A DNA stretch of 64,000 nt from Phycisphaeraceae bacterium. GTDB taxonomy: Bacteria > Planctomycetota > Phycisphaerae > Phycisphaerales > Zrk34. Under the pieces are notes generated by a model, which was not told where the DNA came from, searched no databases, and worked only from the letters and a program-made list of their open reading frames with translations. Of this stretch, positions 30,697 through 37,934 are shown piece after piece. Location of the stretch: the NCBI GenBank assembly GCA_040905565.1, contig JBBDRF010000082.1:9234-73233 (forward strand), given 5' to 3'. The first letter of the stretch is position 1; every line of letters starts with the position of its first letter. Made by a program: the position numbers and the translations under genes.

Positions 30697-31427
30697 CTTT
30701 GGCTCCTTCAAGGTTTTTCCTCCTAATAGTGCGAAAAGCAAAAGGGCCGGTTAACGGCAGTGCCCGACGTGGGGCGCGGTCCGAAACGGGTGGTGGCGTC
30801 AATCAAACGTGTCCGCGTCTCAATATATTGCGGTGGGCTTCGATGGCCGATCGTACCTCGCGCGAGTGGCCGAGGTGATCTCGGATGCCGTCTCTCCTTC
30901 TGCGGTCGTGCGAAGGCTGTGGCCAGCACGCCGATGAGAAATCTACTGTACAAGACGCGTGCCAGATACAAAACACGCTTTGCGGCACGTGAGAGCCTTT
31001 TTCCCAGATCGCCGCGTGACCAAAAGCGCCACACGACGGGTGGGCTGTGCTTAATGTGCGAGCAGGCGGCAATCTGTCGGCCTTTAATGGTCTGGTTGAG
31101 GGTCGTCGCGTGATCGTGGTGGCTCTTGAAGGGGGGCGTTGTCGATCCGGGTGGACTGGCGTGGCGGGGGTAAAAACAAAGCGCTACAAACTGCACACCA
31201 GAGCATGAACACGAGGCATCGTATCGCCTTGCACCTGTTTGATCCAGCGACACATTTTACAACATGCCAAATACAATGCAATCACTATAACGGCGACGGG
31301 ACGCGATGAACCGTCGCTGGTACCTTTCAGGAGGGCGGTTAATCGCCGTGCGCACACCGCCCCTCCGGGATGCTGTGAAACGCGACAGTGGTTGGTGACG
31401 GCTGGGGCGGTGGGTATGCTGTGCGGC

Positions 31428-32447
31428 ATGATGGATGGCGGCGAGTTGACGTGTTGGCTTTTGAGTGAGCCGAAGGCGGGCATGGCGGTGCAGTGCCTGG
31501 CGCTGGCCGAGGCGATGGGGCTTCAGGGCGAGCGGAAACACGTGCAGCCGCGGGGGCTTTGGAAACGCTCGCCGATCTGGCTTTGGCCCTTGTGGGGCGG
31601 CGGGTTGAAGGCTGTCGGTCCGGGGAGCGATGCGATCGGGCCGCCCTGGCCTGACGTGGTGATCAGCTGCGGACGTTATGCAGCCGGCGTGGCGATGGCG
31701 ATTCGTCAGCAGAGCCGACACAGCGGCAAGCGAACATTCACCATTCAGATTCAGGATCCGCTGGTTTCGCCGAGGCATTTCGATTTGATGATCGTGCCCG
31801 AGCATGATCGGCTGCGGGGCGAGAACGTGATCACGATGCAGGGCTCGCTGCACCGCATCACCGACGCACGACTGCAGGCGGAGGCGGCGAAGTTCGCATC
31901 GTCGTTTGAGCATCTGCCTCGGCCGTTGGCGACGGTGCTGATCGGCGGGCCGAACCGGGTTTATCAACTCGGCGTGGCCGAAGCGACGGCGATCGCCCAG
32001 CAGCTCGTGGCCATGGCGCAGCAGCAGCGTGTAAGCCTGGCGATGACGGTGTCGCGACGCACTTCCCCCGAAGCCGCTGCGGCGATGCGGAAGATCATCG
32101 AAACGGCGGACATTCCTGCGGTCATCTGGGAGGGCGAAGGCGAGAACCCGTACTTCGGCTACCTCGGTTCGGCGGACTATATTCTCGTGACGGCCGATTC
32201 AATCAACATGACCTGCGAAGCGAGCGCGACGGGCAAGCCGGTCTACACGCTCGACCTGCCCGGCGGCCGCGGCAAGTTCGCCCGCTTCCATCAACAGATG
32301 CAGCACGAGGGCCGCACCCGGCTGTTCGAGGGGAAACTCGAACCGTACGAACCGAACCCGCTGCGCGAGAATGAAAAAATCGCGGCGGAAGTGTGGCGAC
32401 GACTCCCCCCCACCATCAGCCCCCCCACCGGCTCCACCACCACATAG
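31428..32447 (+). CDS. ELM1/DUF1022 family protein (glycosyltransferase-like fold)
   Basis: GMAVQC.ALAEA, WPDVVISCGR, IQDP, FDL.IVPEHD, LIGG, SRRT, NPYFGYL..AD.I.VTADS.NM..EA..TGKPV. Confidence 0.88.
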   Translation: MMDGGELTCWLLSEPKAGMAVQCLALAEAMGLQGERKHVQPRGLWKRSPIWLWPLWGGGLKAVGPGSDAIGPPWPDVVISCGRYAAGVAMAIRQQSRHSGKRTFTIQIQDPLVSPRHFDLMIVPEHDRLRGENVITMQGSLHRITDARLQAEAAKFASSFEHLPRPLATVLIGGPNRVYQLGVAEATAIAQQLVAMAQQQRVSLAMTVSRRTSPEAAAAMRKIIETADIPAVIWEGEGENPYFGYLGSADYILVTADSINMTCEASATGKPVYTLDLPGGRGKFARFHQQMQHEGRTRLFEGKLEPYEPNPLRENEKIAAEVWRRLPPTISPPTGSTTT

Positions 32448-32467
32448 CCCCGGCCTCGGCCGGAGTC
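32441..32467. repeat. REP-like palindrome, copy 2 (contains the ELM1 gene stop codon)
   Basis: CACATAGCCCCGGCCTCGGCCGGAGTC; TAG at 32445-32447. Confidence 0.55.
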
Positions 32468-32475
32468 CCCGGCCA

Positions 32476-33282
32476 TCAATCTTTCGGCGGTCGGAGTTGG
32501 GCCCAGACGGGGTAGTGGTCGGAGCAGTACGGGGCGAAGCCGCCTGTTTCGACGTCGGCGTCGACGAGGCGATCGGACAGGTCGGGGGAGATGAAGATGT
32601 AGTCCAGCTTCAGTGCGGGGAAGCCTGTTGTGAAGGTGTGCGGGGGGGGGGCGTCGGTGTGCGTCTGACGATGGGCATCGATGTAGCCGGCATCGAGCAG
32701 CCGCTGAATTACGGTATGATCCAGTTGATAGTCGCGGTCGGCGAGCCGCGCTCGGCGGTGCGGCGGGAGAGCGTCTGGATCGAACGGGTGATAGGGCGCG
32801 GAGGCGTTGAGGTCGCCTGCGATGAGGGTCGGCATGGGCGGCTGGGCGTCGAGGAAGGCGAGGATGGAATCGAGTTCGGCGAGGCGTTTTTGCTCGGCCT
32901 CGGCTTGCAGGCCCGCCGTGAGATGGGCGACGATCAGGCGCACCGGGGCAGCGTCCGGCGTGGGCCGAAGCACGACCTGCATGGCGGCGTTTTCAAGGTG
33001 CGGGATCTTCACGCCCAGGTTGATCATCTGCTCCACGGGCAGGCGGGTGAGCACGGCGACGTGATGCGACGAATGGTTCGCCTCGGCAAGCAGATGCTCC
33101 ATGCTGAGTTTGTCAGCGATGTAGGCGAGGCCTTTGGGGTCGTCCGCTTCGCAAACGGCGACGACGTCGGCGTCGAGGTAGGCGAGCGTTTCGTAGACGG
33201 GATCGTAGCGGCCGAGCGCGCCGTCGAGGATGTTGTAACTGACGAGCCGAAGGCCGTGTGATGGTGCGTGAGGTTCGCTCAT
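32476..33282 (-). CDS. Endonuclease/exonuclease/phosphatase family protein
   Basis: SYNI, DVVAVCE, AHL, AGDLNA, LDYIF, SDHYPV. Confidence 0.9.
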   Translation of the reverse strand: MSEPHAPSHGLRLVSYNILDGALGRYDPVYETLAYLDADVVAVCEADDPKGLAYIADKLSMEHLLAEANHSSHHVAVLTRLPVEQMINLGVKIPHLENAAMQVVLRPTPDAAPVRLIVAHLTAGLQAEAEQKRLAELDSILAFLDAQPPMPTLIAGDLNASAPYHPFDPDALPPHRRARLADRDYQLDHTVIQRLLDAGYIDAHRQTHTDAPPPHTFTTGFPALKLDYIFISPDLSDRLVDADVETGGFAPYCSDHYPVWAQLRPPKD

Positions 33283-33326
33283 GAGAGTGATTGTAATGTT
33301 TCGGAGGGCGTTTGTGGGCGGGCGGT

Positions 33327-34727
33327 TCAGACGGCGGCGTCGGGAGCGGCTTCGTCCTGCTCCCGCTGAATGTCCTGCCAGAGCGAGCGGAAGCCGAGCA
33401 TGGACATGATCGCGAGGGTGGTGGAGACGGCGAAGACGTGCGGGCCCATGCCGGCCCAGCTGGTGAGGAAATCGCCGTCCCAACCCTGGTAGAGCAGCAC
33501 GCCGAGGAAGGGGGCGATGGCACCGCGGACGCCGGTGAGCGTGACGTGGATGCCCATATAGGCCGCGACCATCTCCCGGCTGGCGAAGTCGTTGTGCCCC
33601 AGATTCCAGGCAAGGACGCCGCCGCCGCGCGCGATGCCGATGACCAGTCGCGCCGTGGCGAAGAGGACGAGCCCGCCCACGAGATTGCCTGAGAAGATCC
33701 ACGCAGCCCCGGCCCACATGAGCGCCTGCCCGGTGATCCAAAGCCACGACTGGTGCACGCGGAACTGGACGATGTGGGTGCGATCGAGCAGACGGCCCCA
33801 CAGCGGCAACGTCAGCAGCATCAGCAGGGTCGGCACGCTTTGGACGATGCCGACGGAAAGCAGGAATTCGCCCTGGATGCCCAGCGTCGCGCCGGCGATC
33901 AGCGCGATCGCGACCGGCTCAGCCATCATCGCACTCATGCCGCCTGCGAACTGCCAGGTGAGGTAACGGCGGAACATCGGGTCGTTGCGAAGTACGGCCC
34001 AGACGCTGGAAGTGGCGGGCAGTTGATCATCGTATTCGTAAATCACCCCCGTCTCGCCGTGCGGCTCGGGCTTGCTGGCGGGGCGACGCTCGTAAGCAAG
34101 AAGCGAACGTTCCCGGCGCAGCCGAATGCCCGAAAAGCTGAGCACGCCCACCACGGCCAGCAGCCCGCCGAGCGGATAGTAGAGACGGAAAAATTCCGTC
34201 TGGATGTCCAGCAGAATACTGGTCGTGACGGGGACGAGGAAGACCATGATGCTGGTGAGCAGCGCGAGCTTGCCGGCTATCTGACCGCGCAGATGGCGGG
34301 GATAGTTGTGCCGCCAGACGATCGAGCGGACGGTGATGACGCCGGTGAGCAGACAACGTGCGCAGACGACCAGAGCCGTCAGCATCCACGCCCCGGCCGG
34401 GGTGGTCGGCAAGGTGGCAATGGCGGCGACGCAGATGGCCGTGGCGGCCATGGTCAACGTGATGAAGGGGACTTTCCGCTTGCCTCGTGAGGCCCGCGCC
34501 CAACCGAAGCTGGTGAGATTGGCGAACATCGGTGCGGCGGTGATGAGCGCCAGCTGCACGGCGGTGACGTCGAAAACTTTGGCAGCAAGGACGCCGACCA
34601 CGCCCGCCTCGACCAGCGCAACGACGGCGGGGGTCGACATGGCGGTGACCATCTCGCGGCGGTAGCTTGGCCTCACCATCGGAGGCACCGAGGTCGGCGC
34701 GAAATTGCTGATCACTCGGCGAATCAT
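33327..34727 (-). CDS. MFS transporter
   Basis: Many hydrophobic segments in two halves with a central hydrophilic loop; LWGRLLDR; YMGIHVTLTGVRG..AP. Confidence 0.8.
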   Translation of the reverse strand: MIRRVISNFAPTSVPPMVRPSYRREMVTAMSTPAVVALVEAGVVGVLAAKVFDVTAVQLALITAAPMFANLTSFGWARASRGKRKVPFITLTMAATAICVAAIATLPTTPAGAWMLTALVVCARCLLTGVITVRSIVWRHNYPRHLRGQIAGKLALLTSIMVFLVPVTTSILLDIQTEFFRLYYPLGGLLAVVGVLSFSGIRLRRERSLLAYERRPASKPEPHGETGVIYEYDDQLPATSSVWAVLRNDPMFRRYLTWQFAGGMSAMMAEPVAIALIAGATLGIQGEFLLSVGIVQSVPTLLMLLTLPLWGRLLDRTHIVQFRVHQSWLWITGQALMWAGAAWIFSGNLVGGLVLFATARLVIGIARGGGVLAWNLGHNDFASREMVAAYMGIHVTLTGVRGAIAPFLGVLLYQGWDGDFLTSWAGMGPHVFAVSTTLAIMSMLGFRSLWQDIQREQDEAAPDAAV

Positions 34728-34888
34728 GACGCGTCTGACGCAAATGCGGGGGGAGCGGCGCGGAGGCACAGCGGAACGGCCTCGGCCGACGAAGCGCGGG
34801 CGATGGCGAGAGAGGCTGACAAGAAAAAATCCTCCCGCAGAACGAGAGGATCTTCAAAGATCAGGTTTGCGTCAAACCTCCAACCGCC

Positions 34889-35200
34889 TCAGGGGATCGG
34901 AGTAAGCGAGAGACGACTGGGGCGATCAAGCAGGAAGATGTTGCGGATATCGTCCCAGATGCCACGCGTGTTGGTATCGACGACGCGGGCGGTGCGCACG
35001 CGGCCTTCGTCACGCGTCTCCATCAGCGTCGTCAGTTCAGGCGACATATCGGAGGTCACGGTATCGACGGTGATCGGCTCGGCTGTTCGCGTTTCGCCGT
35101 TGAGCGAATCGTCCAGACCGCTCGTGCGCTGCTGCTGTTCGCAACCCACACCCACCGACAACAGGCCGGCACACATCAAAACAATCATGAGATTCTTCAT
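34889..35200 (-). CDS. Small lipoprotein
   Basis: MKNLMIVLMCAGLLSVGVGC lipobox; GAGG RBS; C-terminal FLLDRPSRLS..PIP. Confidence 0.75.
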   Translation of the reverse strand: MKNLMIVLMCAGLLSVGVGCEQQQRTSGLDDSLNGETRTAEPITVDTVTSDMSPELTTLMETRDEGRVRTARVVDTNTRGIWDDIRNIFLLDRPSRLSLTPIP

Positions 35201-35343
35201 GGTCGGGCACCTCTTGGTCAAGAAACCGAAAGATTTTTACCGCGCCGCTGAGGGGGTGTCAAGGATCAATCCCGAAGGCGTGACGCTGTGGGCTTCGATT
35301 TCGTCGGTGCAGCCGTCGCCGGGGGTAGAAAAGTTGGGATTCG

Positions 35344-35352
35344 TGATATAAT
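35344..35352 (+). promoter_or_regulatory. Extended -10 promoter (TGnTATAAT) of the putative 6S RNA
   Basis: TGATATAAT immediately before the RNA 5' stem. Confidence 0.65.
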
Positions 35353-35353
35353 G

Positions 35354-35563
35354 AGGTCGGTCATGGCCCAAGGCCTGCGGGGTGCGATAGAGAAGGCTTA
35401 ATTGTTCGGACCTTTCTCGACCCCAAGGGAACGCGACCGCCTGCAATGGTCACGCCGTCTTTGAACGGAAGGCCGGGACAGGTGCCTCAGCGTGCCCACC
35501 TTAACTTGGGGTTCGAACAACCCCTTCCATCCGGCTCATGCGGACCTGGGCTCCGACCGACCT
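35354..35563 (+). ncRNA. ssrS: Probable 6S RNA
   Basis: About 210-nt rod: AGGTCGGTC/GACCGACCT closing stem with nested pairs GCCCA/TGGGC, GAAGG/CCTTC, TTGTTCG/CGAACAA, GGGAACGC/GCGTGCCC and CCGT/ACGG; CCCACC..GGGGTTC segment resembling the 6S 3' central bubble; own promoter and terminator; no credible ORF. Confidence 0.72.
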
Positions 35564-35566
35564 AAA

Positions 35567-35601
35567 AGCGGTTCGTCATTCAATGGCGGACCGTTTTTTT
35601 T
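35567..35601 (+). terminator. Rho-independent terminator after the putative 6S RNA
   Basis: AGCGGTTCGTCATT-C-AATGGCGGACCGTT hairpin (with G-U pairs) ending in an 8-T tract. Confidence 0.8.
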
Positions 35602-35735
35602 GCGCGCTCAAATAGGTTCCGGAAGCTTCCCGGATCTCGCCGTGGCGCATGATTGGCATCGGGGTCGGCGAGATGGTAAATTCGGCTGCTCGCCTTTACG
35701 CAATTTCCAAAAAACTCGATCGCGGAAGCCCTGAG

Positions 35736-37679
35736 ATGACCACGATGCCCGACCAATTGATGCAACAGCAGGAAAAACTCCCGACCGTGGTCTTCGACCA
35801 TGCCCATGATGCAAGCGTGGCGGTGGCGCGCGAGATCGCCAAGCTCATCCGCGACCGGGCCGCCAACGGGCAGACGACCGTGCTGGGGCTGGCGACGGGC
35901 TCCACGCCGACCCGCGTTTACAGTGAACTCATCCGCATGCACGAGGAAGAGGGGCTCAGTTTCCAGAGCGTGGTGACGTTCAACCTCGACGAGTATTACC
36001 CGATTCAGCCCGAAGCGCTGCAAAGCTACAACCGGTTCATGCGGGAGAATCTGTTCGATCACATCGACGTGAAGCCTGAGAACATTCACATTCCCGACGG
36101 CACGGTCGACATTCACGATGTGCCCGACTACTGCGCCCGCTACGAGCAGCAGATCAAAGACGCGGGGGGATTGGATCTTCAGCTTCTGGGCATCGGCCGA
36201 ACGGGCCACATCGGCTTCAATGAACCTGGTTCACCTCGCAACTGCCCCACGCGTCTGATTTCGCTGGACCGCATCACAAGGTTGGACGCGGCGAGCGATT
36301 TCTTCGGCGAGGAAAACGTGCCCCGCCGGGCGATCACCATGGGCGTCGGGTCGATCCTGAACGCCAAGCGCGTGGTCATCATGGCATTCGGCGAAGGCAA
36401 GGCTCCCGTGGTAAGGCAGGCGGTGGAGGGGCCGATCACCGAAAGCATTCCCGCCACGTTCCTTCAGGAGCATGTGAATGCCTCGTTCGTGATGGATCGG
36501 GCTGCTTCGGAGCAGCTGACGCGGAATGTGACGCCCTGGAAGGTCGGGCCGGTCGCTTGGGATGAGAAGATTATTCGCAAAGCGGTGACATGGCTGGCGC
36601 GTTCGCTTCAGAAGCCGATCCTGAAGCTGACCGACGGCGACTACAACGAGAATCATCTGCAGGATCTGCTTGCGGAGCACGGCCCGGCGTACGACATTAA
36701 CCTTCATATATTCCGCATCATGCAGCGCAGCATCAGCGGCTGGCCCGGCGGCAAAGATCCGGCACACAAGCAGCCGGGCGACCTTGACCGCCCTACTGAT
36801 CGCATCTTTCCCAAGCGTGTGCTGATCTTCTCGCCGCACCCGGACGATGACGTGATTTCGATGGGCGGCACGCTGCTGCGGCTGGTTGACCACGGCCATG
36901 AGGTGCACGTCGCCTACCAGGTGTCCGGCTCGATCGCGGTCAGCGATGAAGATGCGATCCGCTTCGCCGACTTCGCAGCGGACTTCAACCGCATCTTCGA
37001 CATCGACCAGAAGCAGTCCGAGCAGATCGAAAGCCACATCGAGCAAGTGCTCAAGAACAAGAAGCCAGGCCAGGTGGATTCCGAACAGGTTCAGCAGATC
37101 AAAACGTTGATCCGCCGGGGCGAAGCGCGTGCGGCCAGTCGTTACTGCGGCGTGGCGATGGAGAACCTGCACTTTCTGGATATGCCGTTCTACGAAACGG
37201 GCACGGTCCGCAAGAGCCCGCTCGGCGAGGCGGACATCGACATCATCACCGATCTGCTGGAGAAGGTGCAGCCGCACCAGATCTACGCAGCAGGCGACCT
37301 GTCCGACCCCCACGGCACACACCGCGTCTGCCTCACGGCCATCCTCCAGGCACTCGAATCGGCCCAGCAAAAGGCGTGGTTCAAGGAGAACCTGACCGAG
37401 CTCTGGCTGTACCGCGGTGCCTGGCATGAGTGGGAGCCGGAGCAGATTGAGATGGCTGTCCCCCTCTCGCCTCAGGAGCTGATGCGGAAGCGCACGGCGA
37501 TCTTCAAGCACGAATCGCAGAAGGACAAAGCCCTGTTCCCCGGCAGCGATCCGCGCGAGTTCTGGCAGCGGGCCGAAGACCGCAACAAGGCCACCGCACG
37601 CCTGTACGACCAGCTCGGCCTTCCGGAATTCGAAGCCATCGAAGGCTTCGTCCAGTGGGACGGCAACACCGACATCTAA
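35736..37679 (+). CDS. nagB: Glucosamine-6-phosphate deaminase with C-terminal PIG-L/LmbE-like domain
   Basis: LGLATGSTP, FNLDEY, LLGIGRTGHIGFNEPGS, AITMG; C-terminal FSPHPDDDVISMGG, DPHGTH, FKHESQ. Confidence 0.93.
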   Translation: MTTMPDQLMQQQEKLPTVVFDHAHDASVAVAREIAKLIRDRAANGQTTVLGLATGSTPTRVYSELIRMHEEEGLSFQSVVTFNLDEYYPIQPEALQSYNRFMRENLFDHIDVKPENIHIPDGTVDIHDVPDYCARYEQQIKDAGGLDLQLLGIGRTGHIGFNEPGSPRNCPTRLISLDRITRLDAASDFFGEENVPRRAITMGVGSILNAKRVVIMAFGEGKAPVVRQAVEGPITESIPATFLQEHVNASFVMDRAASEQLTRNVTPWKVGPVAWDEKIIRKAVTWLARSLQKPILKLTDGDYNENHLQDLLAEHGPAYDINLHIFRIMQRSISGWPGGKDPAHKQPGDLDRPTDRIFPKRVLIFSPHPDDDVISMGGTLLRLVDHGHEVHVAYQVSGSIAVSDEDAIRFADFAADFNRIFDIDQKQSEQIESHIEQVLKNKKPGQVDSEQVQQIKTLIRRGEARAASRYCGVAMENLHFLDMPFYETGTVRKSPLGEADIDIITDLLEKVQPHQIYAAGDLSDPHGTHRVCLTAILQALESAQQKAWFKENLTELWLYRGAWHEWEPEQIEMAVPLSPQELMRKRTAIFKHESQKDKALFPGSDPREFWQRAEDRNKATARLYDQLGLPEFEAIEGFVQWDGNTDI

Positions 37680-37848
37680 CCCCCCCCACCGGCGGCGCCC
37701 CCTTCATTATTCGCGGAAACGCATGAGCGTCCGTGGCGCGCGCAAGATAGCTGCAAGATTGCCCCGTGAACAATCAGTCGTTCTCAGGGGCCATCGCTTG
37801 CGCATAAGGTTCTAGAGCGATAGGCCGAGAAATGCACTTGGCGTCGAC

Positions 37849-37875
37849 GCGGATTGTATGTAGCATACAATCCGC
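37849..37875. promoter_or_regulatory. Perfect palindromic operator-like site
   Basis: GCGGATTGTATG-TAG-CATACAATCCGC (12-bp perfect arms), ending 60 nt upstream of the LamG-glycosidase start. Confidence 0.65.
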
Positions 37876-37934
37876 CTTACCAGTCAATGGCGGCAAGCCC
37901 TTCCTTACCAATGCTACTCAAAGGATGATCCAAG

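Noticed and set aside
30723..31253. ORFs in the long intergenic region
   Set aside because: Atypical composition, no RBS, no motifs, and several mutually overlapping frames
35643..35657. Sigma54-like TGGCGC-N5-TGGC before nagB, and TGGCAC-N5-GCGC at 17687-17701 (-)
   Set aside because: Poor -12 elements; GG-N10-GC is frequent by chance in high-GC DNA
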